A DNA stretch of 61,070 nt, counting the filler. It is 4 parts of 4 records of this genome, joined end to end, with 100 filler letters (N's around TTAATTAATTAA, not from the genome) between each part and the next. Parts side by side here need not be neighbours in the genome. Positions count along the whole stretch, not along the records: positions 35,449 to 61,070 come from SRR2962707_1967; 3 more parts are not named here. One strand, written 5' to 3'. A program made the position numbers and the translations under genes. The notes under the pieces are model-generated. The model was not told the DNA's origin. It searched no databases and saw only the letters and a program-made list of their open reading frames with translations. Positions 53,053-61,070 of the stretch are shown piece by piece (positions within the stretch are counted from its first letter, which is position 1; the number at the start of each line of letters is the position of its first letter).

Positions 53053-54369
53053 TCAGTCACACTCAGCGCCGGGGAATCCCTGCGCCAGCCAGTCCTGAGA
53101 CTTCATGCCTTCGGGCGGGTTGACGCAACGGGCATCGTAATACTCAACGTCGACCAGTTCCATCTTGCCGGCTTCAGCATTCCACTTGGTGGTGCCGATG
53201 GCGTTGGGCTGGATTGCCTGATGACCATCCGCAAGCGCCATCTCGATGCGGCCCGAGGGGGCATCCCATGACAGGCCCTTCATGGCTGCGGCGAGCTGCT
53301 CGCTGTTGGGCTTCGTGCCGCCATTGTCGGCCATGGCCTTTTCGACCGCAGTTTTCAGGCCGAACAACGCCTGCCACATGCGGAACGGCGCCTGAACCGG
53401 GAAGGTTTCGAATTCCGCCTCATAGGCATCCCACATCGTGTCGGTCAGCTCCTTCAGCTCACCGCCGCGAGCATGGGCGGCCAGACCGTTGACGCCGCGT
53501 GCACCAAGGAAAATGCCGTCAGGCATCTTGTCCTGAAGCTGCGGAATAACGTGATCGCCCGCTGCCAGCGCCAATTGCGCCCGCTTGTGCAGACCGCGCG
53601 CCGTGGCCTGGATCAGGAAGCCCTGGAGGTCACCACCCCAGTTGGACGAGTGAACCAGCGCCGGTTTTTCACGCAGAAGCGCCGAGATCTCGGTTCCGTA
53701 CTGGCCTGCGCCGAATTTCGGAAACAGTGCTGTTTTGACTTTGGCATTCGGATAAAGCTGCTTCATCGCCCCGGTAAAGTCGGCCCAGCTGTCCTGGCCC
53801 CAGGCATAATCCTGGTTGAGACCGGCAAAGCTCGGGACGTCGAAATCGCGGGATTTGAGGTAGCGCGCAAGGCTCACATTATCCATGGTGGCGTGAGCTG
53901 CGGTGCGGAACACATAGTTGTAGCTCCCATCTTCAAAGACACGCGGCGTGCCACAATCGTAAAGGATGGTGAAGGCCTTGAGCTCATCGGCAACAGGCGG
54001 CACAGCCAGGCAATCGCCCGAGGACACGTAGCCCACGACAGCATCGACCTCTTCCCGCTGCACGAGGTTGCGGAATTCCTGAACCTGTTTGGTGGCGCCA
54101 CCGGCCTCGTCAACGATGACGGCTTCGATCTTCATGCCGCCAAAGCCCATCTTGTCGTAGGGCGCGGGCAGTTTGCCGCCCTCATTGAGCATATCAACCA
54201 ACAGCTTGCCGCCGTTCCAGGCAGGTACACCGAAGCTCTCTGCCGCCTGTCCCGACAGGAACGTGATCACGCCGATCTTGAACGTGTCATCGGCTGCGGC
54301 GGCCGGTCCGGCCATGCCGGCGGCCAGCGCCGTTGCAGCCAACAGACCGCCTATCTTGGATTTCATCAT
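53053..54369 (-). CDS. Liv-family periplasmic substrate-binding protein
   Basis: Signal peptide, KIGVITFLSG, VGYVSSG, YVFRT, QDYAWG; GGAGGAG RBS. Confidence 0.9.
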   Translation of the reverse strand: MMKSKIGGLLAATALAAGMAGPAAAADDTFKIGVITFLSGQAAESFGVPAWNGGKLLVDMLNEGGKLPAPYDKMGFGGMKIEAVIVDEAGGATKQVQEFRNLVQREEVDAVVGYVSSGDCLAVPPVADELKAFTILYDCGTPRVFEDGSYNYVFRTAAHATMDNVSLARYLKSRDFDVPSFAGLNQDYAWGQDSWADFTGAMKQLYPNAKVKTALFPKFGAGQYGTEISALLREKPALVHSSNWGGDLQGFLIQATARGLHKRAQLALAAGDHVIPQLQDKMPDGIFLGARGVNGLAAHARGGELKELTDTMWDAYEAEFETFPVQAPFRMWQALFGLKTAVEKAMADNGGTKPNSEQLAAAMKGLSWDAPSGRIEMALADGHQAIQPNAIGTTKWNAEAGKMELVDVEYYDARCVNPPEGMKSQDWLAQGFPGAECD

Positions 54370-54486
54370 GTCTATGTTCTCCTCCCTGAGAAAATCCGGA
54401 CAGCTGTTCGACGGAAAGTCTTCCTCACGGCAATGCTCCTCCTCACGCAGCGTTGCAGCGACCCTTCCCATCGGTTCCAGGCTAAT

Positions 54487-54519
54487 GCCCTTAGTGTCCG
54501 ATTGTTGGACACTAAGGGC
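54487..54519. promoter_or_regulatory. Perfect 13-bp inverted repeat, candidate FadR-family operator
   Basis: GCCCTTAGTGTCC-gattgtt-GGACACTAAGGGC about 120 bp upstream of the first gene of the operon; no U-tract. Confidence 0.6.
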
Positions 54520-54614
54520 TATTTTCCGGCGACGTCAACCGAATCCGGCACGTGCGGTCAAAACAACCGCGCGCAAACGCTGTGACTGGGGAAGACCGCC
54601 AACCGCTGGAAAAG

Positions 54615-56129
54615 TCAGAAGTGGCCGCCCAGAAGTCTGTCGATGGGCGCGTAATCGTCGGTGAGAAGCGCAGGAGAACTTCTTGCGATCAGCCGGTCAG
54701 TGAAGCTTTGTGCCATGGCTGCAAAGCGCGTCGGATCCGGCGCTGCTGCGGTGACCACGGAAAATGGCGTTGGCTTGTGTGCTGCAACCAGAACGAAAAC
54801 CCGCTGTTCGCCGGGAGTGGGCAGGCTCTCTTCTGTCCAGATCTCAACACTGGCAAAGACCGCCTGCAGTGTCGCGGCGATGGCGCTCAACGCCGCCATG
54901 CGCTCGGGAAAATCGATCACGTTCATCAGGAAGATCCCGTCTGGCGACAGCCGCGAGCGGACCAGCTGGAAAAACTCCCGTGTAATGAGGTGCGGTGGAA
55001 CGGCAATATCGCCAAACGCATCGCCGACGATAACGTCATATCGGTCGCCAGGTCTTTTGCGCAGCGCGAAGCGGGCATCCTCGTCAAGGATTGTCATGTT
55101 GTCCGGCTCGAGCCAGAAATCGCGCACCGCAGTGGCGGTCACCTGCGGATCGATTTCGGCCACGGTTATCGGCCCGGTGCTCCTGTCCGCCCAGGCGCGG
55201 GGCACTGAATAGGTACCGCCACCGATGAAAAACGCGCTGTAAGGCCCCGGCTCCAGCCGGCCTCTTGCGATCGCGTCAAACATTGCGGTGAACTCGGAAA
55301 ACATGGTCCTGGGCTGATCCCTGGCACTGGTTCCGTGCGACAGGTGATCGAGAACCAGACGATTGACCGGCGAACCTTGCTCCGCTGACACATCCAGGAC
55401 CCGGATGCAGAAATACTGGCTTTCGGTGGTGCAAGCGGACGGTCGGGTGAACGAAAGCGCACCAAGTGCGAGGGCCAGCACTGAAGCAACCAATGCACCG
55501 GCTGGAGGCTTGGCCGGCCGGGCAAGCCAGAACACCAGCGCCGCTGCGGCCAAATAGATTGCAGTGACGATGGACAGCGTCAGCGTTGTGCCCAGCCAGG
55601 GGATGAAGACAAACCCCGCAAGCAACGTTCCGGCAATCGCGCCGACTGCACCGGCGGCAAACATGGCTCCAAGCGAGCGGCCAGACTGCACATTTTCCCG
55701 CATGACCGCGATTTGCGCCAGCACCGGAGCCGGCACCCCGGCAAACAGCGACGGCAGGAAAAATACGCCGGATGTCAAAAGCACGATGCTCCAGACAGGG
55801 TGCTCGACCGCGGACAGGATCGGCCCACCGATCAAGCGCAGCAACAAGAGAGCACCGGCTGTGGAGACTGCCGCAGCGATCAGGACCCAGCCGGTGGTGA
55901 CGAGCGCCTTGCCAGCCGGGCGCTCGGCAATGTGGCCACCCCACCAATGCCCGACAGAGAAACCTGCCAGCACCACTGCGATAATTGATGTCCAGGTGTA
56001 GAGCGACATGCCGACATAAGGCGCCAGCATCCGGCCGGCAACGATTTCCACCACCAGACTGACACCCGACACCGCGGCTTGAAGGACGACAAGCAGCCAG
56101 AGCGGCATGTGTGTTTGGGGTGTCGGCAT
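54615..56129 (-). CDS. Fused membrane domain / spermidine-synthase-like (SAM-binding fold) protein
   Basis: EIVAGRMLAPYVG, about 7 TM, then IGGGTYSVP, AEIDP, DARF, YDVIVGDAF, LTDDYAP. Confidence 0.88.
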   Translation of the reverse strand: MPTPQTHMPLWLLVVLQAAVSGVSLVVEIVAGRMLAPYVGMSLYTWTSIIAVVLAGFSVGHWWGGHIAERPAGKALVTTGWVLIAAAVSTAGALLLLRLIGGPILSAVEHPVWSIVLLTSGVFFLPSLFAGVPAPVLAQIAVMRENVQSGRSLGAMFAAGAVGAIAGTLLAGFVFIPWLGTTLTLSIVTAIYLAAAALVFWLARPAKPPAGALVASVLALALGALSFTRPSACTTESQYFCIRVLDVSAEQGSPVNRLVLDHLSHGTSARDQPRTMFSEFTAMFDAIARGRLEPGPYSAFFIGGGTYSVPRAWADRSTGPITVAEIDPQVTATAVRDFWLEPDNMTILDEDARFALRKRPGDRYDVIVGDAFGDIAVPPHLITREFFQLVRSRLSPDGIFLMNVIDFPERMAALSAIAATLQAVFASVEIWTEESLPTPGEQRVFVLVAAHKPTPFSVVTAAAPDPTRFAAMAQSFTDRLIARSSPALLTDDYAPIDRLLGGHF

Positions 56130-56211
56130 CGATCCTGCTCCCGGTAAAACAAGCTTTGCATCTTTAGCCGCTGCCGGTCTCAACACAAGCTACGGCGCCC
56201 CCATCAGGCAA

Positions 56212-56225
56212 TTGATCTGCAACAA
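56212..56225. promoter_or_regulatory. FNR/FixK-like box
   Basis: TTGAT-CTGC-AACAA, one mismatch to TTGAT-N4-ATCAA, in divergent intergenic region. Confidence 0.6.
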
Positions 56226-56356
56226 TGTACATTCGCTCAGGCCAATGTATTTGTAGCGCGTGAATCGCCGCCGCTTGCGACGGACATTTGAGACATTCAG
56301 GTCAACATGGTTTGTATCTTGCTGTGCCATCCAACCTGCAAAGGACAACAGATTTC

Positions 56357-58240
56357 GTGAGTGACTTTTTGCAGGATCGTTTGAAAGTTGGCCTGCTGGT
56401 AATTTCGCTGGTCTGCTTGATTGCAGGGCTTGTGCTGAGGATAGCCGGTTTTGCCGAAGCTGCCGGACTTGTCTGGTTTGCAGGTGTTGTCCCGGTCTTG
56501 CTTGGCCTCGTTGTCGAAATCATCAGAAGCCTGAGAGCCGGAGAAGTAGGCCTCGATATCGTCGCCGCCTTGTCGATGTCGGCGGCACTGGCTTTCGATG
56601 AAACGCTGGCTGCGGCCGTTGTTGCCGTGATGTATTCGGGCGGGACATTCCTTGAGAGTTTCGCGGAAGGCCGGGCCAGGCACGAGATGAGCAGTCTGCT
56701 GTCGCGTGTCCCGCGCACCGCATCGCGTCATCGCCATGGTGCGCTTGAAGAGGTGCCGCTGGGTGACATTGTAACCGGCGATCTTCTGTTGATCCGGCAA
56801 GGCGATGTTGCGCCGGTCGATGGCACTGTTGCGACCGATCAGGCGATACTGGATCAATCCGCACTGACCGGCGAATCGCTGCCGGTTCACCTTGTCCGGG
56901 GGGCAGAGGTGATGAGCGGCTCCACCAATGCCGGCGAAGCCTTCGACCTCAAAGCCACACGCCCGGCTGCAGACAGCACGTTTGCCGGGATTGTCAGGCT
57001 GGTTGAAGCGGCGCAGAAGTCAAAGGCGCCGATGGCGCGCCTGGCAGACCGTTACTCGGTTGTCTTTCTGGTCATCACGGTGGCGATTGCCTTCGCAGCC
57101 TGGTGGTTTACCGGTGACCCCATTCGCGCCGTTGCCGTTCTGGTCGTCGCCACGCCCTGCCCGCTGATTCTTGCTGTGCCGGTGGCGCTGGTGGCGGGTC
57201 TTTCGCGGGCCGCGCATTTCGGAGTGCTGATCAAGGGCGCCAAGCCGCTCGAGGCGCTGGCGCGGATCCAGACGCTGATTCTCGACAAGACCGGCACGCT
57301 GACTGACGGCAGGCCGGTGGTTGTCGCAATCGAGAGTTATGGCGAGTTGTCGGAAGCGGAGGTGCTTCACTTCGCGGCAGCGTTGGATCAGGCGTCGAAA
57401 CACCCGATTGCCCAGGCCCTGGTGGCAGAGGCTATGGCGCGTGGCGAGACCCTGCCCTTCCCCGAACACCTTGATGAAACTGCGGGCGAAGGCATCACCG
57501 GCACCATCGGCGGCCGGAAAGTGGCTGTCGGCGGCACCGCTTTTGTCGCAGCGCAGCTTGGACTGCCGTTGTCAGCTTCGAAGACCGGCGAGATGGGCGA
57601 GGTCATCGTGGCGCTGGCCGTCGATGGCGAGGCGGCCGGTCATGTCGTCATGGCAGATACCTTGCGCTCGGGCACGGCAGAGCTGCTGGCGGGACTGCGC
57701 AGCCGCGGTATCGGTCGCATCCTGCTTGCAACCGGCGACCGCCGTGCGGTGGCCGAAGCGGTAACCAATGGCCTCGGACTTGACGCTGTGCGGGCGGACC
57801 TGACGCCAGATCAAAAGGTCTTGCTGGTTTTGACCGAGCGCAAGAACGGCCCGGTGATGATGGTCGGCGACGGGGTCAACGACGCCCCGGCACTTGCCGC
57901 CGCCGACATCGGTGTCGCCATGGGGGCGCGCGGAGCGGCAGCATCGGCGGAAGCCGCCGACGTGGTGTTGCTGGTCGATCACCTTGACCGGCTTCTGACC
58001 GGGGTGGAAGTGGCCCAACGCGCGCAAAGGATCGCACTTCAAAGCGTCGCTGTCGGGATCAGCCTGTCAGTTGCCGGCATGATTGCGGCAGCACTGGGTT
58101 ACCTGACGCCGGTTCAAGGTGCATTGCTGCAGGAGTTGATCGATGTCGCTGCCATCCTGAACGCACTCAGGGCGTTGAGAATCAGGCCAACCGTTCTGGG
58201 CAGCACACCGGCCCCACAACCGGCTGCAAAGACCGCCTGA
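56357..58240 (+). CDS. Heavy-metal P-type ATPase, P1B-5 subtype
   Basis: TGES, TPCP, DKTGT, HP, GDGVND; QSVAVGISLSVAGM and PVQGALLQELIDVAAILN match P1B-5 TM signatures; GTG start with AAAGGA RBS. Confidence 0.92.
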   Translation: MSDFLQDRLKVGLLVISLVCLIAGLVLRIAGFAEAAGLVWFAGVVPVLLGLVVEIIRSLRAGEVGLDIVAALSMSAALAFDETLAAAVVAVMYSGGTFLESFAEGRARHEMSSLLSRVPRTASRHRHGALEEVPLGDIVTGDLLLIRQGDVAPVDGTVATDQAILDQSALTGESLPVHLVRGAEVMSGSTNAGEAFDLKATRPAADSTFAGIVRLVEAAQKSKAPMARLADRYSVVFLVITVAIAFAAWWFTGDPIRAVAVLVVATPCPLILAVPVALVAGLSRAAHFGVLIKGAKPLEALARIQTLILDKTGTLTDGRPVVVAIESYGELSEAEVLHFAAALDQASKHPIAQALVAEAMARGETLPFPEHLDETAGEGITGTIGGRKVAVGGTAFVAAQLGLPLSASKTGEMGEVIVALAVDGEAAGHVVMADTLRSGTAELLAGLRSRGIGRILLATGDRRAVAEAVTNGLGLDAVRADLTPDQKVLLVLTERKNGPVMMVGDGVNDAPALAAADIGVAMGARGAAASAEAADVVLLVDHLDRLLTGVEVAQRAQRIALQSVAVGISLSVAGMIAAALGYLTPVQGALLQELIDVAAILNALRALRIRPTVLGSTPAPQPAAKTA

Positions 58241-58371
58241 CGCCCGTCTCAGCCTGCATCCTGATGCCACGCGCCACCAATCCGGAATTCAGCACTGAGG
58301 CTGCTCCGTGCCCTTGCATCCTGTCCTGCCAATCGCCATTGTCACCCGGAGAGTGGGAGTAAGCTCAGCGC

Positions 58372-59136
58372 ATGACTTGGAAATTCAGTTTCATTGCCTC
58401 GCCGACGCCTGACGCGCAGGAAGCAGCCCAACACCTCGCAGCGCTTTACGGCAATACCCGCCAGCAGGACGCTGACGTGATTGTGGCGCTTGGCGGTGAC
58501 GGGTTCATGCTGCAAACGCTGCATGAGCAGATGAACAGCGGCCGCGCGGTCTACGGCATGAACCGCGGGTCGATCGGATTCCTGATGAACGATTATTCGG
58601 ATGAAGATCTTCCGGGCCGGGTCGATGCGGCGGTGGAAAACATTATCCGCCCGCTCGAGATGATCGCCAAGGATGCACATGGCGCGACCCACAAGGCGCT
58701 GGCGATCAACGAAGTCTCGCTGCTCAGGCAAAGCTATCAGGCCGCCAAACTGCGATTGTCGATTGATGGTCAGGAGCGGATGGAAGAGCTGATCTGTGAC
58801 GGATTGATGGTGGCAACGCCTGCCGGATCAACAGCTTACAACCTGTCGGCGCACGGCCCGATCCTGCCGCTGGACGCACAGCTTCTGGCGCTGACGCCAG
58901 TCAGCCCGTTCAGGCCGCGGCGCTGGCGCGGGGCGCTTCTGCCCAACAAGGTCAAGGTCACAATCGACGTACTGGAATGCGAAAAGCGGCCGGTCAACGC
59001 AGTGGCCGACCATATCGAAGTCAAATCCGTCACCCAGGTCCAGGTGGCGGAATCGCAGGAATCCACCACCCGGATTCTCACCGATTCCAGCCATTCCTGG
59101 AATGACCGCATATTGGCCGAACAATTCCTTTACTGA
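58372..59136 (+). CDS. NAD kinase
   Basis: LGGDG, GFLMN, INE, DG..TPAGSTAYNLSA. Confidence 0.95.
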   Translation: MTWKFSFIASPTPDAQEAAQHLAALYGNTRQQDADVIVALGGDGFMLQTLHEQMNSGRAVYGMNRGSIGFLMNDYSDEDLPGRVDAAVENIIRPLEMIAKDAHGATHKALAINEVSLLRQSYQAAKLRLSIDGQERMEELICDGLMVATPAGSTAYNLSAHGPILPLDAQLLALTPVSPFRPRRWRGALLPNKVKVTIDVLECEKRPVNAVADHIEVKSVTQVQVAESQESTTRILTDSSHSWNDRILAEQFLY

Positions 59137-59159
59137 GGCACAAACGGGAGGTTGAGCTG

Positions 59160-59678
59160 ATGATACGCACCACACCGAAAATGTTGCTGATGCTGGCCTG
59201 TCTGTTGCCGGTGATGCCAGGGCCAGCAATAGCGCAAGACGCGCTTGCGTTGGCCGATACCGTGTCACCGCGCATTCTGTTCCTTACCAGCGGCGGCTAT
59301 TGGGAGAAGCCCGACGAAGCTTCAGAGCCCAGCACCGAAAGCGTGGAAGGTGGCGAAGCGACTACCGGGACTCAGCGGGGCTACTACCGGCTCATTGCCA
59401 TTCGGGGCGAAGACAACCGATCCCAGCTGCAACTCCAGCAAATCGCCCTGACGCCCGATGGCCCGGAAATCGCAACGTCTATAGGCATTGAGGAGATCAA
59501 CGGTCTCGGCGGCTACATTACCGACATCAGGCCCGAGGATTCGACGGGTGCTGCAAGCCAGCAGGGTTTCGGCGCCTACATCTACCTCAAGACCGATCCT
59601 TCGATTGTGGAGCCTGAAACCTGGGCGCTCTACATAGACGAATTCGGCGACATTCTGGTGGAGCGGTCGAGCAACTGA
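59160..59678 (+). CDS. Exported acidic hypothetical protein
   Basis: Signal peptide ending AIA, GGYW and GYYR motifs; GGGAGG RBS. Confidence 0.8.
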   Translation: MIRTTPKMLLMLACLLPVMPGPAIAQDALALADTVSPRILFLTSGGYWEKPDEASEPSTESVEGGEATTGTQRGYYRLIAIRGEDNRSQLQLQQIALTPDGPEIATSIGIEEINGLGGYITDIRPEDSTGAASQQGFGAYIYLKTDPSIVEPETWALYIDEFGDILVERSSN

Positions 59679-59733
59679 TCCCTGAGCTGCCGGGCATCAT
59701 TGATTTCTGGCCCTCGACTTGAGGCCAGCATAC

Positions 59734-59757
59734 AAAACGGGGGCCGAAGCCCCCGTT
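59734..59757 (-). terminator. Intrinsic terminator with cUUCGg loop
   Basis: Minus strand AACGGGGGC-TTCG-GCCCCCGTTTT between convergent genes. Confidence 0.8.
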
Positions 59758-59774
59758 CCACTCAGTCCGCGAAA

Positions 59775-60035
59775 TCAGTTGATGATCTTGACGGTGTCTG
59801 CTGCATGCTTGGCATCCTGCATGTGCCAGCCGAGCTCAACCTTGCTGCCGCTTTTCAGTCCGGGGTCCTTGAAACCTTTCGGCAAGGAATAGTCCGTCCC
59901 GTCATTCAGCGTCAGGGTCAATTGCTTGGCGTCAAAGGATTTGACTACTCCGGTCGTCATCGTTCCGGCAGCAAACGCGCTGATAGACGACAGGAAAATT
60001 GCGGCAGCAGTCAGAGAGGCGAGAACAACACGCAT
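59775..60035 (-). CDS. DUF1344-like small exported protein
   Basis: Signal peptide ending AFA, GVVKSFD..LTLNDGTDYSLP..LKSGSKV; GGAG RBS. Confidence 0.8.
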   Translation of the reverse strand: MRVVLASLTAAAIFLSSISAFAAGTMTTGVVKSFDAKQLTLTLNDGTDYSLPKGFKDPGLKSGSKVELGWHMQDAKHAADTVKIIN

Positions 60036-60340
60036 AGATGTCACTCCATAAATATCCGGCAAGGACAAGCATCTCTCTTTGGGAGAATAGCCTTGCGCGG
60101 ATGAAACGAAGCCGTCTGGTCAGGTCGCGTCGTGGAGCGGCAAGTCCCGTCTCCACCGGCTTGATCCGGCTTCGAGGATGACCTTAGGCCTCGAGCGCCT
60201 GGCCCGCCAATTACCGATATTTAATTATGTCCAACCACGTTGTGCCGAAATTCGGCCATGTGTTGGAGCAACCCAGTGGACGCGATTCAATCAGAAAAAG
60301 CCCAACGGAGGGCGTCCTGCAGCCCTCTCGTCATGACCAA

Positions 60341-61070
60341 TCAATCTATGTCAGCGACGTCTTCACCACCGCCGTAAACACGCTGGGCAAGTGCGGCTTC
60401 CATGAAGTCATCCAGATCACCATCCAGCACGCCCTGCGGGTTGGTGCTTTCTGTGCCTGTGCGCAGGTCCTTGACCAGCTGGTAGGGCTGCAGAACGTAA
60501 GACCGGATCTGGTGACCCCAGCCGATTTCGGTCTTTGAGGCAGCCTCTTCGTTGGCCGCTTCCTCGCGCTTTTTCAGCTCCGCCTCGTAGATCCTCGCCC
60601 GAAGCATGTCCCATGCCTTGGCGCGGTTCTTGTGCTGCGAACGCTCCTGCTGGCACTGCACCACAATGCCGGTCGGATTATGGGTGATGCGGACAGCCGA
60701 ATCGGTGGTGTTGACGTGCTGACCACCGGCGCCGGACGCACGGTAGGTATCAATGCGGCAGTCGCTCTCGTTGATGTCGACATCAATCGAATCATCGATC
60801 ACCGGATAGGTCCAGATGCTGGAGAACGAAGTGTGACGGCGCGCCTGGCTGTCGTAGGGCGAAATCCGCACCAGGCGGTGGACACCCGATTCGGTCTTCA
60901 GCCAGCCATAGGCGTTGTGGCCCTTGATCAGCAGCGTTGCCGATTTGATGCCGGCTTCTTCACCGTCATGAATTTCCATGAGCTCCACCTTCATGCGGTG
61001 CTGCTCGGCCCAGCGGGTGTACATGCGCAACAGCATGTTTGCCCAGTCCTGGCTCTCGGTGCCACCGGCG
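60341..61070 (-). CDS. prfB: Peptide chain release factor 2 (5' part outside the window)
   Basis: [30 protein letters not shown]. Confidence 0.97.
   Translation of the reverse strand, partial: AGGTESQDWANMLLRMYTRWAEQHRMKVELMEIHDGEEAGIKSATLLIKGHNAYGWLKTESGVHRLVRISPYDSQARRHTSFSSIWTYPVIDDSIDVDINESDCRIDTYRASGAGGQHVNTTDSAVRITHNPTGIVVQCQQERSQHKNRAKAWDMLRARIYEAELKKREEAANEEAASKTEIGWGHQIRSYVLQPYQLVKDLRTGTESTNPQGVLDGDLDDFMEAALAQRVYGGGEDVADID

Noticed and set aside
60211-60224. CtrA box TTAC-N6-TTAA
   Set aside because: Spacer is 6 rather than 7 nt and one half-site is imperfect
60341-61070. prfB programmed frameshift
   Set aside because: The slippery site lies near the 5' end, outside this window
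1-61070. CRISPR arrays, tRNA/rRNA genes, prophage, known defence operons
   Set aside because: No regularly spaced direct repeats, cloverleaf or rRNA-like sequence, or phage structural or cas genes were seen by eye

Overview
This window is four unrelated contigs joined by artificial 100-bp linkers (44 N + TTAATTAATTAA + 44 N, at 8734-8833, 28747-28846 and 35349-35448). Contigs 1 (1-8733) and 3 (28847-35348) are intron-rich eukaryotic DNA, probably from one protist. Contig 1 carries a roughly 19-intron non-RD protein kinase gene that appears to run on into SH3-like and TPR-like C-terminal modules, plus a convergent coiled-coil gene. Contig 3 carries a mitochondrial intermediate peptidase (M3) gene and a convergent PDZ-domain gene. 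Contig 2 (8834-28746) is mostly core chromosome of a Roseobacter-group alphaproteobacterium (rnhB, asd, carbonic anhydrase, M17 aminopeptidase, paaI-paaK, mbfA with a perfect ICE box, fghA, zapE). Contig 4 (35449-61070) is a second alphaproteobacterial segment (Rhizobiales-like by gene content; inference) with two accessory catabolic modules separated by IS and integrase debris. Module A is a GntR regulator and NitT/SsuA-type ABC importer divergent from FAH hydrolase, HMG-type aldolase, beta-hydroxyacid reductase and TauE exporter, a candidate undescribed organosulfonate or oxo-acid pathway. Module B is a Liv-type ABC importer, FadR, acyl-CoA ligase, acyl-CoA dehydrogenase, APH-family kinase, crotonase and Old Yellow Enzyme, resembling the phosphoacyl-CoA (lva/ACAD10-11) route. 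These are followed by a P1B-5 ATPase with an FNR-like box, NAD kinase and partial prfB. All assignments come from motif recognition by eye; no database searches were run, and exon models are manual.
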